A DNA stretch of 64,000 nucleotides from Candidatus Microgenomates bacterium. GTDB lineage: Bacteria; Patescibacteriota; Microgenomatia; UBA8517. The stretch lies in the NCBI GenBank assembly GCA_049519355.1, contig JBEKQV010000001.1, positions 193 to 64,192 of the forward strand, read 5' to 3'. Numbering within the stretch: position 1 is the first letter of the stretch; each line of letters begins with the position of its first letter. A program made the translations under genes and the position numbers. Shown here one piece after another: positions 9,151-18,875 of this stretch. The notes beneath the pieces are model-generated. The model ran no database searches, was not told where the DNA came from, and worked only from the letters and a program-made list of their open reading frames with translations.

Positions 9151-10056
9151 TTAATGCAAAAAATTTGCTAATTTGCGTATGTTAATTTTTAATCGATCAA
9201 TTACTATTCCGTATTTCTTCGGCTCATCGTAATTAACAATTCCAAAACCCCGAGAGTAATTGGAATTTATTACATAACCTATATAACCTCTTGCTATGTC
9301 TTTTAGAGTAATTCCTTTTTTTAAATATTCAATGTGCTGAGATTTTTTGTAAAATAATTTAATTAACGGTTCCCTAATTTCTATAGGAATGGTCTTATCT
9401 TTTTGAAGCCACATGTTATACCACGAAAATTCATAGGGAGAAATTTTTAAAATATCTTTATAGGATTTACGTTTCGGAGTTAGGTATTTTCTATGAAAAG
9501 ATTCTAAAACTTTAGATGAAACGATCACAAATCCGTGATATGTGAGCATTCGCCTATCGTTTAATCCAACTTCTTTTTGTATTTTACGAATCAGTGTCTC
9601 CCTCTCACGCCAATAAAATTTATAATATTCAGGGTCAACTTTTAATTCATTATCTTCGACCAGAATCGTATAGGGAGTGGTCTTGTCATACATAAAATCA
9701 GATTTATAAAATTTCCTTATAAATACGCCGTCGGCATCCATACAAAAGTAGTTCTTACATAATCGCTTTTCCCAAAATGCAAGTTTAATAATTTCCTGAT
9801 TTATATACCCCAGACGTATGCCCCGAATACTATTGTCATGAACTAAGTCTTTTGTAACTGACTCGTCACTTAGTAACTTAATTTCCTTCCCTATGAACCT
9901 CTTAAAATGATTCATATCTGATTCCGGTACTACTATATATAGCGGAATGTTGTCGGCGTTGTACCTTTTATAAGTTCGAATTAGTCTTTTAACATACTCT
10001 ATATCGCCTACGTACGTCTTAAGTAAAATTACTATTGTTTCCATTTTCTCAATCAT
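9151..10056 (-). CDS. DUF6492-like putative GT-A glycosyltransferase
   Basis: GYINQEIIKLAFW and a DAD (DxD) motif; located next to wzt. Confidence 0.55.
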   Translation of the reverse strand: MIEKMETIVILLKTYVGDIEYVKRLIRTYKRYNADNIPLYIVVPESDMNHFKRFIGKEIKLLSDESVTKDLVHDNSIRGIRLGYINQEIIKLAFWEKRLCKNYFCMDADGVFIRKFYKSDFMYDKTTPYTILVEDNELKVDPEYYKFYWRERETLIRKIQKEVGLNDRRMLTYHGFVIVSSKVLESFHRKYLTPKRKSYKDILKISPYEFSWYNMWLQKDKTIPIEIREPLIKLFYKKSQHIEYLKKGITLKDIARGYIGYVINSNYSRGFGIVNYDEPKKYGIVIDRLKINIRKLANFLH

Positions 10057-11296
10057 TTTCTATAGACCATTCGTGTTCCATATACACACGACCATAGTCG
10101 GGAAGCGTAGAAACAAGAGAATGTTTCAATGTGGTTTCCAAAACATCAAAATAAAATAAATTTTCGTTGAGATAATAATATTTATCAAAAGGCTTATCTA
10201 TCCCAAGTCCTAGCCTATACCTGCCCGAACTTAGATCAAAACTATTTATCAAACATGTAACATGGTTTTCACCCTTCTTAATAGTAATATCCATTCCTTT
10301 TGTAATTTTCGTATCAGAAGAAAAAGCGTGACCATTGATATCGTCTTGAGAAATCATTAAATTAATTCCCAAACCTTTCAAATTTTCTTTGGAAAGTATT
10401 CGAATATCAATCTTTAATGGTTTCCCTGGATAAATTTTCCCATGTAAATATTCATTTATGGTTATTTGTTTAATAATCAAATTTAATTCCGAGACCTTAA
10501 TCGGGACAAATTTTTTTCTGATATCAGGTGTTTTTGTATACTTATCTATGGCAGAACCAACACTTCCTTCAAATACCTTCTGGCCTTTTTGAAGCAATAT
10601 CGCCTTATTACAAAGATTCTTTATTGCAGTCATGTTGTGACTTACAAATAATATAGTCCTACCCTCGTTTCTGGTTATTTCACCCATCTTACCTAAAGAT
10701 TTTTTTTGAAATTCGGCATCTCCAACCGCAAGCACCTCATCAACAATCAGGATCTCGGAATCAAGGTGCGCAGCCACGGCGAATGCTAAACGCATATACA
10801 TTCCTGATGAATAATGTTTAACAGGTGTATCCAAAAATTTTTCAACACCTGCAAAATTAACTATTTCGTCAAATTTTTTATTTATCTCACGTCTCTTCAT
10901 TCCCAGAATTGCACCATTAAGATAAATATTCTCCCTACCGGTTAGTTCCTGCTGAAAACCGGTCCCAACTTCAAGTAGACTCCCAACCCTACCTCTTAAT
11001 ACGGCTTCACCCCTGGTCGGTGGAGTAATTTGACTCAAAACCTTAAGAAGGGTACTTTTCCCTGAACCGTTTGGTCCAATTATTCCCAAAACATCTCCCT
11101 GGTTTAGCTTAAAAGAAATATCTTTCAGTGCCCAAAATTCACCTTTCCTCAAAACCGAAGGTCTTTTATTCTGGCTAAAAATCTGTAACGGGGTTCTTAC
11201 AATAGCTGCCAGCGTATCCCTTAAAGTGTAATATGGTTGAAATTCACCATATTTATATTTTTTTGATACGTGATTAACTTCAATTATAGATTTCAT
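10049..11296 (-). CDS. wzt: Polysaccharide ABC exporter ATPase with C-terminal Wzt_C-like domain
   Basis: GPNGSGKST, YSSGMYMRLAF, VDEVLAVGD, FVSH; ~160-aa beta-rich C-terminal extension. Confidence 0.92.
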   Translation of the reverse strand: MKSIIEVNHVSKKYKYGEFQPYYTLRDTLAAIVRTPLQIFSQNKRPSVLRKGEFWALKDISFKLNQGDVLGIIGPNGSGKSTLLKVLSQITPPTRGEAVLRGRVGSLLEVGTGFQQELTGRENIYLNGAILGMKRREINKKFDEIVNFAGVEKFLDTPVKHYSSGMYMRLAFAVAAHLDSEILIVDEVLAVGDAEFQKKSLGKMGEITRNEGRTILFVSHNMTAIKNLCNKAILLQKGQKVFEGSVGSAIDKYTKTPDIRKKFVPIKVSELNLIIKQITINEYLHGKIYPGKPLKIDIRILSKENLKGLGINLMISQDDINGHAFSSDTKITKGMDITIKKGENHVTCLINSFDLSSGRYRLGLGIDKPFDKYYYLNENLFYFDVLETTLKHSLVSTLPDYGRVYMEHEWSIEND

Positions 11297-11297
11297 A

Positions 11298-12122
11298 TTA
11301 AACAAGATCGGCAAAGAATCCTTCAGTAGACTTAAAATAATATATTCCGGTTATAAAAAGCAAAACAGATACAACCCCTGCAATTAAGAGTGTCTGCCAG
11401 TTCAGAATATTTCCGCCTGAAAATACAGTTCTGGCGGCTTCTATTACTCCAGTCATCGGGTTTAAAGCAATTATTTCTCTGAATGAAGGCCTCATTATAC
11501 TGGTTGGATATATTACCGGCGTTAAAAAAATCATAATTTGAATAAAAAATGGCAACGCATAACGGACATCCCTGTATTTGACATTAAAGGAAGCAAGAAA
11601 AAGACCCAAACCTTCCGCACCTAATGTGCTAATAATTAAACATAGAGGAACAATAAATAAAGTTAGTAAGCTAGGAACAAAATGGAAGTAAAAAGAAACG
11701 ATGAGTAAAAGAATCAGGGATATCCCAAAATCGACCAGGTTTGCCCCTACTGTAGAAAGAGGGAGAATTTCCCTAGGAAAATATACCTTTTTAACAACTC
11801 CTTCATTTTCGATTAAAGAATTACTCGCGCGGGATAATATTCCAGAAAAATAGTTCCAAAAAACCAAACCCGTCAAGACAAATAGTGGGTAGGGTAAATC
11901 GCCAGACGGAATTTTAGCAAAGTTTCCAAAAAAAATCGTAAAAATGAAGGTTGAGGTCAAAGGTTGGAAGACTGCCCAAGATGCCCCAAAGAGAGTCTGT
12001 TTATAACGAACTTTGATATCCCTCCAAGCAAATATCCAAAAAAGTTCACGGTATCTCCAAAGTTCTTCAATATCCAAAAGCATCCATTTCGATTTGGGTT
12101 TTATTACAGTTGTGTAACTCAT
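11298..12122 (-). CDS. wzm: Polysaccharide ABC exporter permease
   Basis: RDIKVRYKQT, KVYFPRE, YRDV, TPVIYP, LNPM. Confidence 0.92.
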   Translation of the reverse strand: MSYTTVIKPKSKWMLLDIEELWRYRELFWIFAWRDIKVRYKQTLFGASWAVFQPLTSTFIFTIFFGNFAKIPSGDLPYPLFVLTGLVFWNYFSGILSRASNSLIENEGVVKKVYFPREILPLSTVGANLVDFGISLILLLIVSFYFHFVPSLLTLFIVPLCLIISTLGAEGLGLFLASFNVKYRDVRYALPFFIQIMIFLTPVIYPTSIMRPSFREIIALNPMTGVIEAARTVFSGGNILNWQTLLIAGVVSVLLFITGIYYFKSTEGFFADLV

Positions 12123-12128
12123 GATTTA

Positions 12129-12908
12129 TTAACGATAATTTTTGTTAAACCTCAATATTAACCAGTCGCCTATTTTAGCAAAAAAAAATTCAAAACAGTT
12201 AAGGTACCGTCTTTTCACTTTTTCTAATGTTGTAAATGCAATCTTCTTATTATTAACGCTCGAGGTCAAAGAATCATTGCGTAACATATAATTACTAATA
12301 ATTCTATTAAAAAATTCCCAATTAGTTTTAGAGCCAATCCTCAGCCATAAATCCGTATCCATGTTTACCTTAAGAGAAGTATCAAAGCTCCCGTACTTTT
12401 CAAAGACTTCTTTTTTCATAAATACTGCCTGATGAGGAATAAAATTCACAAATTTGAGAATAAAATTACTGGAAATTTGGAATATTTTTTTCGTAGGAAA
12501 AGTCCCAATATCTTTTCCATCTTCCTCAATAACACGTATTTTTCCGTAAATCCAATCAAAGTTATTATGTTTAATCAAAAAGCGATAGGTGTTTTGTAGA
12601 ACTTTTTCGTCGTAGAAAAAATCATCACTATTTAAAAAGATAATATATTCACCCCGTGTTCTCTCAATTCCCTTATTAAAAGCAGCGGAAACCCCCTTCT
12701 TTAAAAAAGTAATTATCCTTACCCGATTATTAAATTTCTTTTTATAAGTATTTAGAATACTTTTTGTATTATCCGTAGAGCCACTATCAACAAAAATGTG
12801 CTCATAATTTTTAAATGTTTGCCTTTTTACGGAATTCAAATTATTCTCCAAAAACCTATCACTATTTAAGGTACATGTGATAATTGTAAAAAATGGTTCT
12901 GTTTTCAT
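12129..12908 (-). CDS. GT2 glycosyltransferase (WfgS/WcaE-like)
   Basis: VDSGSTDNT, NKGI, FLNSDD, PHQAVF, DTDLWLR. Confidence 0.88.
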   Translation of the reverse strand: MKTEPFFTIITCTLNSDRFLENNLNSVKRQTFKNYEHIFVDSGSTDNTKSILNTYKKKFNNRVRIITFLKKGVSAAFNKGIERTRGEYIIFLNSDDFFYDEKVLQNTYRFLIKHNNFDWIYGKIRVIEEDGKDIGTFPTKKIFQISSNFILKFVNFIPHQAVFMKKEVFEKYGSFDTSLKVNMDTDLWLRIGSKTNWEFFNRIISNYMLRNDSLTSSVNNKKIAFTTLEKVKRRYLNCFEFFFAKIGDWLILRFNKNYR

Positions 12909-12915
12909 TATGATT

Positions 12916-13746
12916 TTATTTTTTGGCTAAGTCCGCAGTATTTACTAACCTTTTAATACCCTTTTCCAAACTTATAAATTTATTGACATCCACACCCAAC
13001 CTTTGTAACCCTGATACATCAGCAATGCTCTTGAGCGGCTCGTCTCTTCGTTTAACATAGTCTATAGGTATTTGTTTGTTCATAATCTTAATAACCAAAT
13101 TAGCTAAATTTATAATTTTAGTAGGTTTTCCAATACCCAAACTAATTACGCTTCCGGATTTGATATTGAGATTAATCAGCTTTCTGGTAACATCCACGAC
13201 ATCGTCAATATAAATAAAGTCTCTACTTTGATTTCCCTTACCAAAAATTTTAATATTTTGTCCCACTTTTACTGCGTTTATAAAATTATGAATAACATAT
13301 CCGTAATCGGCCTTTTGTCCCAAGCCGTAAATATTTTCGGGGCGGACAATTACTGTCTTTATGTCTTTTGAATAAAGCTTGACAAAATTCTCACCTGATA
13401 TTTTGGACAAAGCATATGGTGTAAGTGGTTTTGCCTTAACCGCCGCAGATGAGAAAAATATTATTTTCTTGACGCCGGCTTTTACTGAATTTTGAATAAC
13501 AGACAAGGTTCCAAGCGCATTGTTAACAAAATATTCTTTGGGTTTCCTCCACGACTCTTCAGCAGAAATAAAAGCAGCCAGATGAATAACCATATCTACA
13601 CCTTTAAGTTTTTTTAGAAGTAATTTTTCATCCAAAATGTTCTGCCCATTCTTTAAATCATATCTAACAATCCTGTATTTTGGTGACAGCTTTTTGACCA
13701 AATGGCTGCCGACAAATCCGGAAGAACCAGTTATTAGTACATTCAT
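12916..13746 (-). CDS. NAD-dependent epimerase/dehydratase (extended SDR)
   Basis: ITGSSGFVG, IHLAA, SSAA, YALSK, SRDFIYIDD. Confidence 0.88.
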   Translation of the reverse strand: MNVLITGSSGFVGSHLVKKLSPKYRIVRYDLKNGQNILDEKLLLKKLKGVDMVIHLAAFISAEESWRKPKEYFVNNALGTLSVIQNSVKAGVKKIIFFSSAAVKAKPLTPYALSKISGENFVKLYSKDIKTVIVRPENIYGLGQKADYGYVIHNFINAVKVGQNIKIFGKGNQSRDFIYIDDVVDVTRKLINLNIKSGSVISLGIGKPTKIINLANLVIKIMNKQIPIDYVKRRDEPLKSIADVSGLQRLGVDVNKFISLEKGIKRLVNTADLAKK

Positions 13747-13756
13747 ATTCCCTGAG

Positions 13757-13765
13757 ATTTTACCA
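13757..13765 (-). promoter_or_regulatory. Extended -10 (TGGTAAAAT) 10 nt upstream of the epimerase ATG
   Basis: TGnTAnnnT match in a 40-bp intergenic gap. Confidence 0.45.
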
Positions 13766-13786
13766 CAAATACTTCCAGCACTAGGA

Positions 13787-15304
13787 TTAGGGAGAAATCG
13801 TTCTATTTATCAGATAAACAGTCTCCTGGTCGCCATTATATATATTCTGTATAACCAAGTTCGGTTTATATTTTAAATTATCTCCTTCAAATGGTGTTCC
13901 TTGAAGAATTATATTTCCTTTGCTTGGAAGATTTATTACATTGCCCCAATCATAAAATTTTCCATTCCAAATTTCATAAAAATAACTATTCTGATACATT
14001 TGGGTGAGTTGTTTATCATACCTGTGAAACGCCAGTTCGTTCCCAAAATTAAGTGCGTACTCAATCGACGAAGAACGGTAATAAGTCACTTTTATGGCAT
14101 CCGGATAATTTTTAGCTACAAACTCATTCAACTTAATTGATTCTGCGTAATACGAAGAAACTCCATCAGTTGACTTTAATTCTTGCACGAAGTTACTTCC
14201 TGCAAAGACGATTACTAGAATACTTGCAACCGTCCGTATTTTATTATTTTTTATTAAAGACAATATTAACACTGATGAAAATCCAAGCATGGCCAAACCT
14301 GGAACTAAATAATGGTTTTCAAAGTGCTTCGCAACAATAATAATATCCGCCAGAAAGAATAATAGAAGTGCCACTAAAAATCTATTCTCAGTAAATTTAT
14401 GTTTACGTATCACAGTCCAAATAAAAACAATTGCTAATACCAGCGTTATCACAATCAGAAATTGTTCCGTAATTAAGATCGTACGAAGGCTTTGCAAAAA
14501 TAGAGGAAAATTTACAATATTCACATCTCCCGTTCCGTAAAATCCTGAGTGAATAAACAAGCTATATGTCCAGTCCAAAAACCAAGAGTATCTGTTGTAT
14601 ATCGGCAGAGTAAAGAAAATCAATGCGGCAAGTGTAGCAAAAAAATAAGCAATTTTTTCTTTCCATCTTAAAATTACCAAGGGAACAAGAACTAAAGGAG
14701 CTGAATTTATTTTTGTAGCGATGAGAAAGCCGGAAATCATTGCAATAAGAAAAATTGAAAATTTAGAATATTTTTCTCCCCTGTAAAAAATATATAGCAT
14801 AATAAATGAAAACCACGCCGTTGCCACAAGCATTAGAGGTTCAGGCGCAACATGATATAGTGTATCCATCAAGGTAAAAGATAAGAATGGAGTTGCCTGC
14901 ATAATCAGTGCGAAAAAAATATCCTCTGTCAGAAATAAAGTTAAAACACCAATCAAAAACAATGAACCTACTAGTGAAAAGATAATCAGTTGGTTTATGG
15001 CGTTTAAATAAATCTCGGGGTTATGCAAAACATCATTAATAATTGTGTCTTTCGATCTCAATTTATGAAACACCTTAATTACTCCTGCTCCCAGAACTTC
15101 TAAAGTTGTCCCCGGATGGTCAACGTATTGTACCTGCCTGAATTGGGATAAATTTAAAGAGTTTAATAGATAAACATATTCAGGGTCTGAATTTGAACCA
15201 AGCCAATAAGGTCCTTCATATCTTTTTAACGAAGCCGAAACAATTAAAATCAAAGCAGGTATGACTGTTAATAAACATATTTTAAAGAATTTTAGACGAA
15301 TCAT
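13787..15304 (-). CDS. Multi-TM GT-C-type glycosyltransferase-like protein
   Basis: TM1 followed by acidic loop SDPEYVY...DHPG; many hydrophobic segments; ATK, HYLVP; soluble C-terminal domain. Confidence 0.65.
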   Translation of the reverse strand: MIRLKFFKICLLTVIPALILIVSASLKRYEGPYWLGSNSDPEYVYLLNSLNLSQFRQVQYVDHPGTTLEVLGAGVIKVFHKLRSKDTIINDVLHNPEIYLNAINQLIIFSLVGSLFLIGVLTLFLTEDIFFALIMQATPFLSFTLMDTLYHVAPEPLMLVATAWFSFIMLYIFYRGEKYSKFSIFLIAMISGFLIATKINSAPLVLVPLVILRWKEKIAYFFATLAALIFFTLPIYNRYSWFLDWTYSLFIHSGFYGTGDVNIVNFPLFLQSLRTILITEQFLIVITLVLAIVFIWTVIRKHKFTENRFLVALLLFFLADIIIVAKHFENHYLVPGLAMLGFSSVLILSLIKNNKIRTVASILVIVFAGSNFVQELKSTDGVSSYYAESIKLNEFVAKNYPDAIKVTYYRSSSIEYALNFGNELAFHRYDKQLTQMYQNSYFYEIWNGKFYDWGNVINLPSKGNIILQGTPFEGDNLKYKPNLVIQNIYNGDQETVYLINRTISP

Positions 15305-15315
15305 ATTGTTTCAGG

Positions 15316-15321
15316 TATAAT
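15316..15321 (+). promoter_or_regulatory. -10 box (TATAAT) in the 39-bp divergent intergenic region
   Basis: Perfect TATAAT between divergent starts at 15304 (-) and 15344 (+). Confidence 0.45.
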
Positions 15322-15343
15322 TGCCTCGGAAAAGAGCAATCTC

Positions 15344-16423
15344 ATGAATATATTTCAGAAATATTACCACAAAGACTTACAAAAAGTTTATCGAAAGTTT
15401 AACGGAATAATTTTGGATAATGTTATCGATGACATTCCTGACTTACAAAATTACTTCGAAGACTTACATAAAAAAGTCAACCATAATACGAGGATATTAA
15501 TTACATATCACAATCCACTTTGGGAACCAGTTTTAACACTCGCTTCAAAAATGGATTTAAGAAAAAGGGTTGGTATCCAAAACTGGCTTGACGAGGACGA
15601 TTTAAGAAATATTTTGAATCTTTCAGGGTTTGAAATAATAAACACACAAAAAAGATTTTTTGGAATTACCACAATTACTATAGCGAAATCCAGACCGAAC
15701 GATTCAAAAGTAAAAAAAGATTATCGCGTTTCTATTATTATCGCAGCGAGAAACGAGGAGGGGAATATTCTGAAAATTATTCCTTCCATTCCTAAATTTG
15801 GTATGTCACAGGAAATAATTTTTATTGAAGGCCACTCTAAAGATAAAACATGGGAGAAAATCTCTCGTCTCCGCAAAAATTACGGCAAATTAATCAAGAT
15901 AAAGTCCTTCAAACAGAAGGGCCGCGGAAAAGCTGACGCAGTCAAATTAGGCCTATCAAAAGCAACTGGAGATATTTTGATGATATATGACGCCGATAGA
16001 ACTGTTGATGCAAAAGATCTAAAAAAATTTTATAGAGTTTTAGCATCAGGCCTTGGAGAGTTTGCAAACGGTAGCCGTTTGGTTTACCCGATGGAAAAGG
16101 ATGCAATGCAAACATTGAATAAGATCGGAAATCAAATATTCAGTAAACTTTTTACCTGGATCCTAGGTCAGAGATTTAAGGATACACTTTGCGGAACAAA
16201 AGCCTTCTGGAAAAAGGACTACGTCAAATTCAAACATACAAAAACCGATCCTTTTGGAGATTTTGATCTAATCTTCGGAGCAATTAGAAATAATCTGAAA
16301 GTGACTGAAATTCCGGTTAGATATAAAGAGAGAGTGTACGGTTCCACAAACATAAATAGGTTCCGACATGGACTTCTTCTTGCAAAAATGGCATTTTTTG
16401 GCTTCCTGGAGTTCAAAATTTAA
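15344..16423 (+). CDS. GT2 DPM/DPG-synthase-like glycosyltransferase with N-terminal partial methyltransferase domain
   Basis: ARNEEG, EGHSKDKT, GKADAV, YDAD, NGSR, DTLCGTKA, EIPVRY. The N-terminal ~110 aa resemble the C-terminal half of 16413..17075. Confidence 0.8.
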   Translation: MNIFQKYYHKDLQKVYRKFNGIILDNVIDDIPDLQNYFEDLHKKVNHNTRILITYHNPLWEPVLTLASKMDLRKRVGIQNWLDEDDLRNILNLSGFEIINTQKRFFGITTITIAKSRPNDSKVKKDYRVSIIIAARNEEGNILKIIPSIPKFGMSQEIIFIEGHSKDKTWEKISRLRKNYGKLIKIKSFKQKGRGKADAVKLGLSKATGDILMIYDADRTVDAKDLKKFYRVLASGLGEFANGSRLVYPMEKDAMQTLNKIGNQIFSKLFTWILGQRFKDTLCGTKAFWKKDYVKFKHTKTDPFGDFDLIFGAIRNNLKVTEIPVRYKERVYGSTNINRFRHGLLLAKMAFFGFLEFKI

Positions 16424-17075
16424 ATGCAACAAAGTATTCGATAAAGGCTAACTTTTGTAGACCTTTTTCCAAGTACTTATTTGCAAAATCGGTAATAATC
16501 GGAATCTTAATCGGAATCAACAACCTGTAACCGTGTCTTGTTATTTTCATTCCTGACTCTTGAATCATAAATCCTAAATCCATATATTTAATTCTTTTGT
16601 GTTTTCCCTCTGGCATTTTTAATCTAAGTTTTTCTGCAACCATTAAAACAGGTTCCCAAATTGGGTTTGCCATAGTATTTATGAAAATGGTTTTGGGACC
16701 CATCAATTTTGAAATTTTTTGGAAGGTTTCTACTGGATTTTCCAGATGTTCAATGACATCACTCATGAATATGTAATCAAATTTATCCTTTGGCCATTTT
16801 ATTGAAAAATGAATTTGTTTTTTCTGTGAATATTTCATATTTGCAATCCTAATCATTTCGCTGCTTATATCCATCCCATATCCATATTTAGGTTTAACAG
16901 AGTTAAGAAGATCACCTGTGCCGCAACCAATTTCAAAAACTCTTTTGTTTTTTAGAATCAGCGTTTTGAGAAGCTTTTTCAGATTTCCGTAATAATAAGA
17001 ATATTTAACTTTTCCCGAATCATAACTTCCGGCAACAATATCAAAATGTTTTTCTACATCTGATCTAGATTTCAT
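16413..17075 (-). CDS. Class I SAM-dependent methyltransferase
   Basis: FEIGCGTG, GMDIS, FDYIFMSDVIEHL. Confidence 0.88.
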   Translation of the reverse strand: MKSRSDVEKHFDIVAGSYDSGKVKYSYYYGNLKKLLKTLILKNKRVFEIGCGTGDLLNSVKPKYGYGMDISSEMIRIANMKYSQKKQIHFSIKWPKDKFDYIFMSDVIEHLENPVETFQKISKLMGPKTIFINTMANPIWEPVLMVAEKLRLKMPEGKHKRIKYMDLGFMIQESGMKITRHGYRLLIPIKIPIITDFANKYLEKGLQKLAFIEYFVAFKF

Positions 17076-17848
17076 ACGTATCCTCCAATAACTGTCCGTG
17101 CAAAGTTATGTAGTTTATGTAGCCATAATAAAGTTCGACTAGGCGTGTACCTGTTTACTATTTTTTGATCTTCCGCTAAAAGGGCTTTATATGATTTTTT
17201 TGTAATAGTTGAGGATTCTATCCTAAAACTTGAAAGGTAATCCCCCGAAACTGCGGGCATTTTATGATTCGCAATTTTCAACCAAAGATCATATTCAGTT
17301 ACAAAATCGAGTGTTCCTCTAAATGGCCCGAATTTTTTCCAAGCTTTCTTTGTAATAAATACTGACGGCTGCATAAGATAATTAACCATCATAAGGAAAT
17401 GTTTTGAGTTTATTAAAAGAAGAAGGTTTTTATATTGAGTTACCAGTTTAGCAATCTCTTTACCTGAAGAGTTTATTACCTTTCCCTTGCCGGCAAACCA
17501 TAATGAGTCGGAGTCTGTAAGATAAAGCCTTGAAATTTCATTGAAAGCGCCAGGAAGAAATATATCGTCGGCGTTAATATAGGTAAGAATTTCTCCATTT
17601 GCCTTTCTCATTCCTTTATTTATCGCATCGAGTTGACCCTTGTCCTTCTTTGATTCAAATTTGATCACCTTCGGATATTTCTTTGCATACTTTTTAATTA
17701 TTTGCAGTGTTCCGTCAGTCGAACCTCCATCCTGAATAAACACTTCAAAATCTGAATATTTTTGATTAACTACCGACCCGAGAGTCTTTTCGATATATCG
17801 GGCCTTATTAAATGAAGGAATTACAACGGAAATCTTTGGGGGTCTCAT
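17072..17848 (-). CDS. GT2 glycosyltransferase (WfgS-like)
   Basis: DGGSTDGT, AINKG, YINADD, QPSVF, EYDLWL. Confidence 0.88.
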   Translation of the reverse strand: MRPPKISVVIPSFNKARYIEKTLGSVVNQKYSDFEVFIQDGGSTDGTLQIIKKYAKKYPKVIKFESKKDKGQLDAINKGMRKANGEILTYINADDIFLPGAFNEISRLYLTDSDSLWFAGKGKVINSSGKEIAKLVTQYKNLLLLINSKHFLMMVNYLMQPSVFITKKAWKKFGPFRGTLDFVTEYDLWLKIANHKMPAVSGDYLSSFRIESSTITKKSYKALLAEDQKIVNRYTPSRTLLWLHKLHNFARTVIGGYV

Positions 17849-18187
17849 TCATTTGTTTTTCTTTTTGCCTTTTAAAGCTTCACGACGGACCATATCTTCC
17901 AGCTTCTTCTCAAGCTTTTTGGTTCTCACGTAGGTGACCGAGACCATCGAGATTACCAAAATAAATCCTGCGATTGTCATCAGATCAAAAACTCTGGTAA
18001 CCAAAAAGGTCTTTGCAAACGGTTGAAGCAGTTCCGGAAAAACGATAACAACAATAGCCAGAGTCCACATAATAATCCAAGAAACAATTTCGGAGCCGCT
18101 TAGCTCTCTCCTTTTAAAATGAAGCACTGAAAAATAAATCATGCAAAAAGCAAATAGAAGCGCAATTACTTGAATTCCAATTATCAT
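17849..18187 (-). CDS. DUF2304 family small membrane protein (GacJ-like)
   Basis: 112 aa, 3 TM, W...FP...R..D, C-terminal LEKKLEDMVRREAL; immediately downstream of a DPM-like GT2. Confidence 0.8.
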   Translation of the reverse strand: MIIGIQVIALLFAFCMIYFSVLHFKRRELSGSEIVSWIIMWTLAIVVIVFPELLQPFAKTFLVTRVFDLMTIAGFILVISMVSVTYVRTKKLEKKLEDMVRREALKGKKKNK

Positions 18188-18206
18188 ATTATAGCGTTAG
18201 CTGCGA

Positions 18207-18875
18207 TCACAATGTGAATTTCCAACCAACTACGTCAGCTAAAATGCCAAACGCATCCAATATTGTAACACCTTTGACTTTATCATGATAAACGGTCCCT
18301 ATCGGAACTTCGCAAAAAGGTAATTGACTCCTACCAACCCTAGCAACGATTTCTGTTTCAACGCCGTAACCTGGCGAGTTCCACCTAAGTTTTTCGTAAG
18401 CTTCCTTTGTTAAACCTTTAAAACCGCAAAGCACATCAGAAACATAAACTTTAAAAGTCATACTCATCAAAACCGAAGCAAATTTATTCCCCAAAAATCT
18501 TACTAAAGGAACTCCGTAAGTATAATTTCTCGACCCAAAAACCACATCATATTTCCCCGATTTTACCATCTTAATAAACTTAGGCAAATCCGCCGCTTGA
18601 TGCTGTCCATCCGAATCCATAAAGATTGCTGCATTGGCCCCGTGATCAAAAACGTAATCGGCTCCTGTTTTCATTGCCGCCCCTTTACCCAAATTTACTT
18701 TATGTTTAAGAAAAACCAGATTTTTTAATCTTGTGTTTTGAACCGCACTTGCTGAACTGTCCGAGCTTCCGTCATCAATAACAACAATGGGTAGTTTGTA
18801 CCTGGAGACTTCCTTCAAAACTTTTGCAATATGTTTCTCTTCGTTAAAAAGAGGAATAACAACAAAAATTTTCAT
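18207..18875 (-). CDS. Polyprenol-phosphate glycosyltransferase (DPM1/GacI-like GT2)
   Basis: PLFNEE, DDGSSD, NLGKGAA, MDSDGQH, GSR, SDVLCGFK, VETE, EVPI; start adjusted to the ATGA overlap with fcl. Confidence 0.85.
   Translation of the reverse strand: MKIFVVIPLFNEEKHIAKVLKEVSRYKLPIVVIDDGSSDSSASAVQNTRLKNLVFLKHKVNLGKGAAMKTGADYVFDHGANAAIFMDSDGQHQAADLPKFIKMVKSGKYDVVFGSRNYTYGVPLVRFLGNKFASVLMSMTFKVYVSDVLCGFKGLTKEAYEKLRWNSPGYGVETEIVARVGRSQLPFCEVPIGTVYHDKVKGVTILDAFGILADVVGWKFTL

Noticed and set aside
18188-18193. TATAAT directly upstream of the DUF2304 gene
   Set aside because: Zero spacing to the ATG, so a transcript from it would start downstream of the start codon.
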